From: Geobacter metallireducens GS-15
GTDB taxonomy: Bacteria; Desulfobacterota; Desulfuromonadia; Geobacterales; Geobacteraceae
Direction of reading: 5' to 3'
NCBI RefSeq assembly: GCF_000012925.1
Contig: NC_007517.1
Span: forward strand, 540,001 to 572,000
Length of the DNA: 32,000 bases
Positions 8,719 to 16,556 of the stretch are shown piece by piece. The position numbers and the translations under genes were made by a program. Numbering within the stretch: position 1 is the stretch's first letter; every line of letters starts with the position of its first letter. The notes below the pieces were generated by a model that saw nothing but the letters and a program-made list of their open reading frames with translations, was not told the origin of the DNA and ran no database searches.

Positions 8719-9129
8719 ATGCGTATCCAGCGAGTTGCATCGTTTTTCCTAATGCTTCTTTTTCTTGCCGGCTGCCGCAACACCTATCTGGTGGCGCAGC
8801 GGTTCGAAGACAGCTCCCGGGAATACGACCGGCTGGTGCGCTGGCAGGAGCATGAAAATGCCTGCATGAGTTTCGCGGCTTCCACTGTCGCCGATGAATG
8901 CCTCGCCCGGGCCAAGGCGGCCAAGGGGGTCTCCATGGCCGATTACCGGGTGAAGAGGGTGGATATGGATCCGGAGAAGGGGACGGCGACGGTGAGGGTG
9001 GAGATCGACTACTACATTCTTCCGTCCACCCGGCTCAAGACCCTGGAGGACGTCCAGCAGTGGCGCTACGAGGAGATCGACGGGAAGGAGCGCTGGCGCA
9101 TCGTGACGCCGCTTCCCGAGTTCAAGTGA
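8719..9129 (+). CDS. lipoprotein of unknown function
   Basis: GGAGGT at 8709-8714 precedes ATG 8719. Lipobox LFLAGC. 136 aa. Confidence 0.7.
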   Translation: MRIQRVASFFLMLLFLAGCRNTYLVAQRFEDSSREYDRLVRWQEHENACMSFAASTVADECLARAKAAKGVSMADYRVKRVDMDPEKGTATVRVEIDYYILPSTRLKTLEDVQQWRYEEIDGKERWRIVTPLPEFK

Positions 9130-9221
9130 TTCGTATCATCGCGGTGTTTCAATGTGGGCAATAATGTGGTAAACAGTAAGGACTACCAGGCGTAATGCCA
9201 GACACCAAAGGAGCGCACCGT

Positions 9222-9464
9222 ATGTCAGACAAAAACACCGAAACCGCTGCTATCTTGGCCTTCTTCGCCGGCGCGGCCCTTGCGGCCGGTGCCGCTCTCC
9301 TCCTTACCCCCAAGACCGGCCGTGAAGTCAGGGAAAAGCTCGGCGATGTCACCGAGGATGCGGTTGGGAAAATCCGCTCGGCAGTCCGCGAGGCGAAGTA
9401 CAAGGTCGCCCCCAAGGCCAAGGACGAGCCCGGAGATATCGAAGGCGGCAGCTGCTGGATCTAG
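9222..9464 (+). CDS. YtxH-like small membrane/stress protein
   Basis: AAAGGAG at 9207-9213 precedes ATG 9222. Hydrophobic Ala/Gly helix (AAILAFFAGAALAAGAALLLTPKTG) followed by a charged helical tail, the YtxH pattern. Confidence 0.6.
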   Translation: MSDKNTETAAILAFFAGAALAAGAALLLTPKTGREVREKLGDVTEDAVGKIRSAVREAKYKVAPKAKDEPGDIEGGSCWI

Positions 9465-9473
9465 GAAACAACA

Positions 9474-9507
9474 ACGCCCCGCTCCACCAAAGGAGACGGG
9501 GCGTTTT
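9474..9507. terminator. rho-independent terminator between convergent ytxH-like and Dabb genes
   Basis: ACGCCCCG (9474-9481) pairs with CGGGGCGT (9497-9504), followed by TTTT. The A-rich 5' flank gives a partial T-tract on the other strand. Confidence 0.75.
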
Positions 9508-9531
9508 CGTATGCGGTTCCGAAGCGCATTT

Positions 9532-9825
9532 TCAGGCAGACTCGTAGTCGACCGCTACCACCGATGACGATACCGCTTTCATGTGGGGGATCACCTCGCC
9601 GGCATGGTAGGGGTGGACCTGGTAGGCCTGGAGGTCTTCCATCGAGTCGAACTTGGTCACGAGGGCCAGATCATAGGATCGCTCGGACCTGATCACGTCA
9701 ACCCCCACTTCCAGGTGGCGAAGCAGGGGGATTTCCCCCCTCATGCTCTCCAGCTTTTCCCTCGTTGCGGTCACGTTGGCCGGCGTGGGATCGTGGAGCT
9801 TGAAAAATACTATGTGGGTTACCAT
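9532..9825 (-). CDS. Dabb (stress-responsive alpha/beta barrel) domain protein
   Basis: Start at ATG 9825 (MVTHIVFFKL), preceded by GGGAGGGA (complement of 9833-9840). 97 aa. The motifs HIVFFKL and HP.H are typical of Dabb. The track's 123-aa version adds an unsupported N-terminal extension. Confidence 0.75.
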   Translation of the reverse strand: MVTHIVFFKLHDPTPANVTATREKLESMRGEIPLLRHLEVGVDVIRSERSYDLALVTKFDSMEDLQAYQVHPYHAGEVIPHMKAVSSSVVAVDYESA

Positions 9826-9994
9826 CGATTCATCCCTCCCTTGAGTAGTAGTTCCTGACGCTGTCCTGTCGTGTATTTCCTCTCTGCTGACGGCCGCAAC
9901 CATATCACAAGAGTGCTCCCATTGCCACCGCGGGCGTGTGGTTCCGATTTTTCATGGTAGAGTTGTAGCTAACTCAGGCAAAGGAGGTGCCGTC

Positions 9995-10174
9995 ATGGTG
10001 AAGTTCTACGATCCGATGGATCGGGCCGATCAGGCCCGTGTCGAGGCTATCCTTAGAGGAAAGGGGATCGAGTACTTTCTGCTGCCCGAGCCTCAGGAGG
10101 GAATCGGGCCCCAGCAGATTCACGTGGCCGAGGAGGATCTCCCCTTCGCGGAGGCCCTGCTGCGGAAGGGATGA
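9995..10174 (+). CDS. small DUF2007-like (putative signal-transducing) protein
   Basis: AAGGAGG at 9981-9987 precedes ATG 9995. 59 aa (MVKFYDPMDRADQARVEAILRGKGIEYFL...). The family call is from memory only. Confidence 0.5.
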   Translation: MVKFYDPMDRADQARVEAILRGKGIEYFLLPEPQEGIGPQQIHVAEEDLPFAEALLRKG

Positions 10175-10203
10175 AAAAACGGCCCGTCGTTGCCGGCGGG
10201 CCG
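10174..10203 (-). terminator. rho-independent terminator of the OmpA-like gene
   Basis: CGGCCCG (10180-10186) pairs with CGGGCCG (10197-10203). A6 at 10174-10179 gives U6 after the hairpin on the minus strand, 24 nt past the stop at 10228. Confidence 0.7.
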
Positions 10204-10227
10204 CAGGTATCCCGTGTGTGCAGCCGA

Positions 10228-10884
10228 TTACTGCTGCTGGGGGACGATGGTGATCTCTACCCGGCGGTTCATGCTGCGCCCTGCCTCGGTGCTGTTGTCG
10301 GCAATGGGCTTGCTCTTGCCGAAACCGATGGCGTTCATGCGGGCCGGGGCTACGCCGCGGGCTGCCAGGGCGTTCTTGACGGCAGTGGCCCGGCGCTCCG
10401 AGAGCGTCTGGTTGAGGGCGTCGCTTCCCGTGCTGTCGGTGTGGCCGGCGATGGTGATGGTCGTTGCGGGATACTGGGTGAGGACCTGGGCCACCCGGGT
10501 GATTTCATCGTTTGCTCCCGGCTGGAGGACGGCCGAATTGATGGGGAAGAGGATGTCCGATTTGAAGGTGACGGCAAGGACGTTCTGGTCACGCTGGATG
10601 CTTGCTCCCTCTACATTGGCAACGGCCTGCCGCATGGCTTGTTCCTGCTTGTCCATGTAGTTGCCGATGGCTCCGCCGGTGAGGCCGCCGGCCAAGGCGC
10701 CCGCCGCCGCGCCGATGAGGGTTGATTCCGTGTTGCGTCCGATTGCCTGGCCGAGCCCCGCGCCGACCGCCGCGCCGACACCAGTCCCTAAGGCGGCCCC
10801 CGTCTGGGTCCGGGTCATGGGTTGAGCGCAACCGGTTAGGGCTGCCATGGCGATGGTGAGAGCGCAGAGTGCTGTCCGTTTCAT
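10228..10884 (-). CDS. OmpA-family peptidoglycan-binding lipoprotein with N-terminal glycine-zipper
   Basis: Start at ATG 10884 with GGAGG upstream. Lipobox ALTGC, Gly-zipper GAALGTGVGAAVGAGLG, and OmpA_C motifs GHTDSTGS..NQ.LS.RRA and NRRVEI. Confidence 0.85.
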   Translation of the reverse strand: MKRTALCALTIAMAALTGCAQPMTRTQTGAALGTGVGAAVGAGLGQAIGRNTESTLIGAAAGALAGGLTGGAIGNYMDKQEQAMRQAVANVEGASIQRDQNVLAVTFKSDILFPINSAVLQPGANDEITRVAQVLTQYPATTITIAGHTDSTGSDALNQTLSERRATAVKNALAARGVAPARMNAIGFGKSKPIADNSTEAGRSMNRRVEITIVPQQQ

Positions 10885-10929
10885 AATTCCTCCCTGGTGG
10901 ATAAAGATACTGTTGCTCATTAACGAGGC

Positions 10930-10957
10930 AGTATAGCATATCAGCCGGGGGAGACAA
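10930..10957 (-). promoter_or_regulatory. sigma70-like promoter TTGTCT-N16-TATACT for the OmpA-like gene
   Basis: Minus strand reads TTGTCTcccccggctgatatgcTATACT (complement of 10957..10930), about 45 nt upstream of the ATG. Confidence 0.4.
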
Positions 10958-11078
10958 CCACGAAGGGGACGGGTCTGTATGGACTTGCGGAATGTGCGGG
11001 GCCGAATAAGGCGTCCGGGTGGATAGGGCGCGCCCCCTTCCCGGCAGGAGACGAGGGGGCGCTGCGCCCTGGTTCTCG

Positions 11079-11339
11079 CTATGCTGCGCTCTTTCCGGGA
11101 GCGACGGCTGTCTCTTCGGGCCGTCGCACCTCTTCCTCCTCGATGATGGAGGCAAAACGGATGATCCCCGGGATCAGCTTGAGCGTGATGATGAGCGAGG
11201 CGAATCCGAGGAGGCCGCCGGCGAGAAGGCCGTACTCCCCGGTTTCGGGCGCGGCAACCGGCAGGGCGTAGGATGCCACACTCAGGATGACGAGAAGGAC
11301 GATCAGCAGAACGGCAAAACCAAATCCAAGAGTTTTCAT
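11079..11339 (-). CDS. small two-TM membrane protein, unknown function
   Basis: Start at ATG 11339, preceded by AAGGAGG (complement of 11344-11350). 86 aa with two hydrophobic helices and an acidic tail. The track's 141-aa version has no SD. Confidence 0.6.
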   Translation of the reverse strand: MKTLGFGFAVLLIVLLVILSVASYALPVAAPETGEYGLLAGGLLGFASLIITLKLIPGIIRFASIIEEEEVRRPEETAVAPGKSAA

Positions 11340-11604
11340 GACTGCCTCCTTTTCGCTGCCGGGTTTTTGTTGGTCAGGGCTAATCATAGCACCCCGAATA
11401 GCGTATACAATATGCCTATTTTTTCCATACGCCACTTTTTCCGGGGAGGTAACTGCCTGTTTATTGGGTAGCTGTTTTGCAAGCGAACGAGGTGGCCCGG
11501 CCAAGGGGGAGCTTGCTTTACATGCCGGGTTTCGGCGCTATTCTTGGTAGGTGGGAGGTGGTTCCCGGTGATAGCCGCCTCAACTAAATACAGGGAGGTT
11601 AGCC

Positions 11605-12030
11605 ATGAAACTGAGTGCACGAAATGTACTTCTCGGAACGGTCAGCGGTATTACCAAGGGGGCGGTGAACGCCGAGGTTTCCCTGACCCTCAAGGCAGGA
11701 ACCCCGGTTATCGCGGTCGTCACCAATGCCAGCGTCGATAACCTGGGGCTCGCCGTGGGCAAGGAGGCCCATGTCATCGTCAAGGCCAGCTCGATCATCA
11801 TCGGCACCGACCTCCACGACGCCAAGGTGAGCGCCCGCAACATCATCTGCGGCACGGTAGTGAAGGTGATCGAAGGACCGGTCAGCGCCGAGGTGGACGT
11901 GGAGATTGGCGGCGGCAATACCCTCAGCGCGGTCATCACCCATGAAAGCGCCAGAAACCTCGGCATCAAGGAGGGGGGGCATGCATGCGCCCTTTTCAAG
12001 GCTTCGAGCGTTATCCTTGGGGTCAGCTGA
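11605..12030 (+). CDS. mop: tandem TOBE/Mop-domain molybdate-binding protein (molbindin)
   Basis: 141 aa. It contains two repeats of the S-A-R-N-x-L-x-G-T-V TOBE signature (residues about 4-70 and 75-141). GGGAGG SD at 11593-11598. Confidence 0.85.
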   Translation: MKLSARNVLLGTVSGITKGAVNAEVSLTLKAGTPVIAVVTNASVDNLGLAVGKEAHVIVKASSIIIGTDLHDAKVSARNIICGTVVKVIEGPVSAEVDVEIGGGNTLSAVITHESARNLGIKEGGHACALFKASSVILGVS

Positions 12031-12038
12031 CACCCCGC

Positions 12039-12090
12039 GGGGGAAACGCGCCCGGCCCGTGCCTGAAAAGTGGGCGTTTCCCCCTTGTTT
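12039..12090 (+). terminator. terminator/attenuator hairpin between mop and modA
   Basis: GGGGGAAACGC (12039-12049) pairs perfectly with GCGTTTCCCCC (12074-12084), followed by TTGTTT. The 24-nt loop is larger than in a canonical terminator. Confidence 0.6.
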
Positions 12091-12280
12091 GCCCGTCGTT
12101 GTGTCACTGGTGCGATGACGATTCCGCTCCTTGAGGATCAATTTTGCGGTACCTGTCCGGAATGACTTTTGGTATGCTGCGCAATGCCGGTCGGCATCAC
12201 TCTTGCGAGGGGAGGGTGCGCAGCCGGACTCCGGAGTCGGTTCCCCTGTTCCGGGAAAAAAGGTCCCCGAGGAGAATGCT

Positions 12281-13036
12281 ATGAAGAACATGATCATGAA
12301 TGCCATCACCCTTGCTTTCTGCTGTATCCTGTTTGCGGCACCGGCTGCGTTAGCCGGCGAGTTGAACCTCTCGGCGGCGGCAAGTCTTAAGGATGCCATC
12401 AACGAGCTTTCCGCTGTGTTCGTGCAAAAGCATCCCGAGGTGAAGATCGCGAGGAATTACGGCGGATCCGGCGTCCTGGCCAAGCAGATCGAGCAGGGTG
12501 CACCGGCTGACCTCTTCATCTCCGCCAACCCGGAGTGGTTGGACTACCTCAGGGAGCGGAAACTTGTGGAGTCCGCCACCATCGGCACTTTCGCCTACAA
12601 CACACTGGTCTTTGCCGGTGCGGCGAAGCAGCAGGCGGCGGGGATGAACGATCTGCCGAAGCTGCGGAAGATCGCCGTCGGGAGCCCCCGGAGCGTGCCG
12701 GCGGGCGAGTACGCCCTGGAGGCCATGCGGAAGGCGGGCATCGAGAAGGAGCTGGCCGGAAAGCTCGTTATGGCCAAGGATGTGCGGGAGGCCATGAAGT
12801 ACGCCGAACTGGGAGAGGTTGACGGCGCCTTCGTCTATCGGACCGATGCGCTGCTGCTCGGGAAGCAGGCGAAGATACTCTTTGTTGTTCCCGAGGGGCT
12901 CCACGGCCGGGTTACCTACCCCCTGGCCCTCACCGTGGCCGGAGCGAAGAAGAAGGAAGCCCGTGGGTTTCTCCGCTTCCTCCGGTCGGTGGAGGCGAAA
13001 AGAATTCTTGTCAGGTATGGCTTTGCGGTGAAATAA
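12281..13036 (+). CDS. modA: molybdate ABC transporter substrate-binding protein
   Basis: GAGGAG at 12269-12274 precedes ATG 12281. Signal peptide ending ALAGE. ModA motifs AAASL, GGSG.L..QIE.GAP.D.F.SA and P.GEY. The track's upstream extension to 12131 is unsupported. Confidence 0.9.
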   Translation: MKNMIMNAITLAFCCILFAAPAALAGELNLSAAASLKDAINELSAVFVQKHPEVKIARNYGGSGVLAKQIEQGAPADLFISANPEWLDYLRERKLVESATIGTFAYNTLVFAGAAKQQAAGMNDLPKLRKIAVGSPRSVPAGEYALEAMRKAGIEKELAGKLVMAKDVREAMKYAELGEVDGAFVYRTDALLLGKQAKILFVVPEGLHGRVTYPLALTVAGAKKKEARGFLRFLRSVEAKRILVRYGFAVK

Positions 13037-13043
13037 TCCGCCC

Positions 13044-13727
13044 ATGTTTTCCTTAACCTCCGCAGACATCGATGCCATCCGGCTCTCGGCCAAAGTCGCC
13101 CTTGCGGCGACAGTCGTGTCGCTCCCCTTCGGCATTGCCGTCGCCTACGTGATGAGCTACTGCTCCTTCCGGGGAAAGACCTTCGTGGAGGTGCTCCTCA
13201 ATCTCCCCCTGACGCTCCCGCCGGTGGTGATCGGCTATCTGCTCCTCCTCCTGCTCGGGAAGAAGGGGTGGGTCGGGGGGCTGCTCGATGCCGCGGGAAT
13301 ACGGATCATCTTCACCTGGTACGCCGCGGTCATCGCCTCGGCGGCGGTGGGGTTTCCGCTCCTGGTCCGCTCCATCCGCATCGCCATGGACTCCATCGAC
13401 GGACGCCTCATCCAGGCGTCGCGCACCCTGGGGGCCCGCTGGAGCGACACCCTCGCCACCGTCATTCTCCCCCTTTCGCTGCGGGGGATCGTGGCCGGCT
13501 CGTCCCTCATGTTCGGCCGCAGCCTCGGCGAGTTCGGCGCCACCATCATCGTTGCCGGAAACATTCCCGGCATTACCCAGACCATCCCCCTGGCTGTCTA
13601 CGACTACGTGAGCGCCCCCGGCGGCGAGGGGGCTGCCCTGGCCCTCTGTCTCGTTTCGGCGGGGCTCTCCCTGCTGGTCCTCTTTTTCCATGAATACCTG
13701 GCGCGCCGCATGGCGAGGAGGGACTGA
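13044..13727 (+). CDS. modB: molybdate ABC transporter permease
   Basis: 227 aa with the EAA-loop context ASRTLGA....F..V.LPL and multiple TM helices. Lies in modABC order. Confidence 0.9.
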   Translation: MFSLTSADIDAIRLSAKVALAATVVSLPFGIAVAYVMSYCSFRGKTFVEVLLNLPLTLPPVVIGYLLLLLLGKKGWVGGLLDAAGIRIIFTWYAAVIASAAVGFPLLVRSIRIAMDSIDGRLIQASRTLGARWSDTLATVILPLSLRGIVAGSSLMFGRSLGEFGATIIVAGNIPGITQTIPLAVYDYVSAPGGEGAALALCLVSAGLSLLVLFFHEYLARRMARRD

Positions 13728-13728
13728 G

Positions 13729-14784
13729 ATGGAATTGCGGGTGAGGGGCGCCAAGACCTTCGGGGCGTTCCATCTGGCGGCTGATTTCACTGTCGAGGGG
13801 AACCGCATCGGCATCTTCGGCGAGTCAGGGAGCGGCAAGTCGACCCTGGTGAACATGCTTGCGGGGCTCGAACGCCCCGACAGCGGCGAGATCCTGCTGG
13901 ACGGGGAGCCCCTCTTCGCCGCCGACCGCCGCATCAACGTGCCGCCGGAGCGGCGACGGGTGGCCCTCGTCTTTCAACATCCCCACCTCTTCCCTCACCT
14001 CTCGGTCAGGGGAAACCTCCTCTATGGCTGGAAGCGGTGCGCCATGGCGAACCGCCAGGTGGGGCTCGACGACATCGTCGACGTGCTGAAGATCGGCCGC
14101 CTCCTGGACCGGGGAGTGACCAACCTTTCCGGCGGGGAGAAACAGCGGGTAGCCCTTGGCCGGGCGCTCCTCTCCAACCCCCGGCTCCTCCTCATGGACG
14201 AGCCCCTGTCGGCCTTGGACGACACCCTCCGCTTCCAGATCATCCCGTACCTGCGGGGGGCCTGCGAAGCCCTCGCCATCCCGTACCTCTTCATTTCCCA
14301 TTCCCTGGTGGAGATGCGGCTCATGGCCGAGCGGGTCATCGTCTTCAGCCAGGGATGCCAGGTGGCCGACACCACGCCGGACGCCCTGGCCCGCAACCGC
14401 ATGGGGGACAGCCCCGTGGGGTACATCAATCTCCTGCGGCTCACCGACCCCTGCGACAATGACGGCCTCATCTCCTACGCCTGGGGAGGGACCCGGCTCT
14501 TTCTCACCGCCCCACCGGGGGAGGGAGAACTTCTCTTCGAGCTCTCCTCAAAGGACATGATCCTTTGCAAGAAGCACCCCGAGGCCATCAGCGCCCGGAA
14601 TCTCTTCCACTGCACGGTAATCGGGATTTTCGAGGCGGGGCGGAAAGCGGGGGTGGAGCTCCAGTGCGGCACCGGGCGGCTGGTGGCCGAGGTGGCCGCC
14701 GAGGCGGCCCGGGAGCTGGAGCTTACCGTGGGGAGCGAGGTCTTCGCCGCCGTGAAGGCGTCGGCCTTCCGGCGGTTGGGGTAG
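13729..14784 (+). CDS. modC: molybdate ABC transporter ATP-binding protein with C-terminal TOBE domain
   Basis: ATG 13729 lies 1 nt after the modB stop (TGA 13725-13727). Walker A GESGSGKST, signature LSGGEKQRV, Walker B LLLMDEP, and a C-terminal SARN...G.V TOBE domain. Confidence 0.9.
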   Translation: MELRVRGAKTFGAFHLAADFTVEGNRIGIFGESGSGKSTLVNMLAGLERPDSGEILLDGEPLFAADRRINVPPERRRVALVFQHPHLFPHLSVRGNLLYGWKRCAMANRQVGLDDIVDVLKIGRLLDRGVTNLSGGEKQRVALGRALLSNPRLLLMDEPLSALDDTLRFQIIPYLRGACEALAIPYLFISHSLVEMRLMAERVIVFSQGCQVADTTPDALARNRMGDSPVGYINLLRLTDPCDNDGLISYAWGGTRLFLTAPPGEGELLFELSSKDMILCKKHPEAISARNLFHCTVIGIFEAGRKAGVELQCGTGRLVAEVAAEAARELELTVGSEVFAAVKASAFRRLG

Positions 14785-14793
14785 GGGCGACGG

Positions 14794-15462
14794 TTACGAT
14801 TTCTCCGCCGCGCCGCAGGCGCAGGAACAGGAGCACGCCATGCCGTCGGCCTTGTCGAAGGCCTCACGCCCCTCCCGGAAGGAGAGCCAGGCAATGGCCA
14901 GGGAGCCGAGGGAATCGAGATACCCGATGCCGGTCAGCTCATAGCCGGCGCTGGCCGCCAGAAGAACCACCGACAGCAGCAGACAGGCCCGGCTGCAGGC
15001 GGCGTCGGCCAGGATAGCCGGCGAGTTGAGGGCCTTCCCCACCTTCATCTTGTGGCGGATGAGGAGCCACATGAACGAGATGGATACCAGCGACACCACG
15101 ATCCCCCAGACGGTGGTCTCCGGGCGGTGGCCGCCATAGATGCTGAGACCCGCCGTCACCACGAGCCCCGCCGCAAGCAGGTAAAAGGCTCCCCCCGTGA
15201 TCCGCAGTGCCCGCCGTTCGAAGGAGTCCCGCTTCTCCTCCTCCCCCCGCCGGAGCCGCCGCACCATGTGCCAGATCCCCACCCCCGAGATCACCTCCAC
15301 GAAGGAGTCGAGCCCGAAGCCGAAAAGGGAGAGGGTCTCGTCCGCCGCGCCGAACCAGACCGACACAATCCCTTCAATGATATTGTAGCTGATGGTAATG
15401 AGGGCCAGGATGGCCGCCTTTCGATAGAGTTCCTGAAGCCGAAGAAATTTGTCGCAGAGCAT
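14794..15462 (-). CDS. short cation-diffusion-facilitator-like membrane protein (TM domain only) with Cys-rich C-terminal tail
   Basis: 222 aa, about 6 TM helices. CDF-like TM2 LDSFVEV and TM5 LADAACS. No cytoplasmic CDF C-terminal domain. The tail is MACSCSCACGAAEKS. GGAG SD lies upstream of ATG 15462. Confidence 0.65.
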   Translation of the reverse strand: MLCDKFLRLQELYRKAAILALITISYNIIEGIVSVWFGAADETLSLFGFGLDSFVEVISGVGIWHMVRRLRRGEEEKRDSFERRALRITGGAFYLLAAGLVVTAGLSIYGGHRPETTVWGIVVSLVSISFMWLLIRHKMKVGKALNSPAILADAACSRACLLLSVVLLAASAGYELTGIGYLDSLGSLAIAWLSFREGREAFDKADGMACSCSCACGAAEKS

Positions 15463-15492
15463 ACTAGATAGGTCTCCTTTGAGTATTAAGGC

Positions 15493-16179
15493 TCAGAATG
15501 CCCGCCAGATGAACCAGGCCCCGGCCAGTGCGATGATGAAACCGCTCACCCGTTTTCCCCAGAGGGAGATGTCGGCTACCCCCCGTGAGGCGGCGAAGGC
15601 CTCCACGAAGCCGGTGAAGGTGCCGGCGGCAAGCATGAGGAGGCAATGGCCGAGGGCGTAGGTGAAGAGGAGGAACGTCCCGTCCAGGATATTCCCCTTC
15701 AGGGCTGCGAAGGAGAGGATCACGACCAAGACCGGCGTGGCGCAGGGGGATGAGGCGACCCCGAAGAAGAGGCCGAGGAGGAGCGCACCCACGAGGCCGC
15801 CCCGTTTCGGCCTGAATTGCGGCAGCGCCGGCAGGTTCAGGTCATAGAGCCCCAGCATCTGGAGCCCCATGGCCACCGCCACGGCGCCCACGGCCACGTA
15901 CCACCATCCCCCCACGGTGCCGAACATGGTCCCCAGGAGCGCCGCGGCAGCGCCGAAGATGGTGAAGGTAAGCGACAGACCGATGATGAAGGAGAGGGAG
16001 TAGAGAAAGGCCTTCTTCCGGCTTTCTCCCGCATGCCCCCCCACGAATCCCACCACCAGCGGAATGGTGGCCAGGACGCAGGGGGAGGCAGACGAGAGGA
16101 CTCCTCCCATAAAGACCGCGCCGAAGGCCAGAAGCGGCTGCGTCGCGACAATCTGCTCGATATTGTCGAGGAGGCTCAT
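15493..16179 (-). CDS. ccdA: CcdA/DsbD-family transmembrane thiol:disulfide electron transporter
   Basis: 228 aa. The conserved Cys-containing motifs SPC (SSASPCVLATIPL) and SPC (ASSPCATPVL) sit in two pseudo-repeats. The start overlaps the upstream trx stop by 4 nt. Confidence 0.85.
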   Translation of the reverse strand: MSLLDNIEQIVATQPLLAFGAVFMGGVLSSASPCVLATIPLVVGFVGGHAGESRKKAFLYSLSFIIGLSLTFTIFGAAAALLGTMFGTVGGWWYVAVGAVAVAMGLQMLGLYDLNLPALPQFRPKRGGLVGALLLGLFFGVASSPCATPVLVVILSFAALKGNILDGTFLLFTYALGHCLLMLAAGTFTGFVEAFAASRGVADISLWGKRVSGFIIALAGAWFIWRAF

Positions 16180-16556
16180 CGCACGCCCAGGGCATTCAGT
16201 TCCTTGACGATATCAGCCTTGTCCATGAAGCCCATGTGCCGCTTCACTTCCTTCCCACGGGCGTCGAAAAATATCTGGGTCGGGATCATCTGCACCCGGA
16301 ACCGCTTCGGCGCGGCTTGGTTTTCATTGACGTCGATGAATAGAACAGTTGCTTTTCCCCTATATTCTGTCGCTAGAGATTCGAGGATCGGAGCCATTTT
16401 CTTGCAGGGTATGCAGTATCTGGCCCCCAGGTCGATGACCGCTGGCTTGCCCGAGGCAAGGGCTTTGTTGATAGCGTCATCGGTGGCCGAAGGAAGCTCC
16501 GCCCGCGCAACAGTTGCAGTGAGGAGCAGGAAAAGGAGAGTGAGAAAACGCATCAC
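16176..16556 (-). CDS. secreted (periplasmic) thioredoxin-fold protein, CxxC = CIPC
   Basis: 126 aa. Signal peptide MMRFLTLLFLLLTATVARA-EL. Active-site context LGARYCIPCKKM and cis-Pro context MIPTQIFF. There are 4-nt overlaps at both ends. Confidence 0.85.
   Translation of the reverse strand: MMRFLTLLFLLLTATVARAELPSATDDAINKALASGKPAVIDLGARYCIPCKKMAPILESLATEYRGKATVLFIDVNENQAAPKRFRVQMIPTQIFFDARGKEVKRHMGFMDKADIVKELNALGVR

Noticed and set aside
6804-8783. Very long antisense or alternate-frame ORFs. Examples are 6804..8783(-) 659 aa, 19658..20980(+) 440 aa, 920..1768(-), 5915..6928(-), 22034..22855(+), 23575..24225(+), 24550..25449(+), 25618..26556(+), 26828..27700(+) and 10171..10725(+).
   Set aside because: Each lies opposite or out of frame to a gene with clear family motifs. 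They translate to Arg/Gly/Pro/Ala/His-rich low-complexity sequence, lack SD sequences, and are the expected stop-codon-poor shadow frames of high-GC DNA.
11411-11442. Calling the AT-rich inverted repeat a bona fide ModE box.
   Set aside because: The arm-to-arm spacing is about 30 nt, against about 24 nt for the E. coli-type consensus, and no modE gene is in the window. It is kept only as a generic candidate operator.
11466-11481. A sigma54-like element gGGtag-N5-TTGCA upstream of mop.
   Set aside because: Only the GG and the TTGCA match. The -24 flank is poor. That is insufficient without a mapped start site, so it is not reported as a feature.
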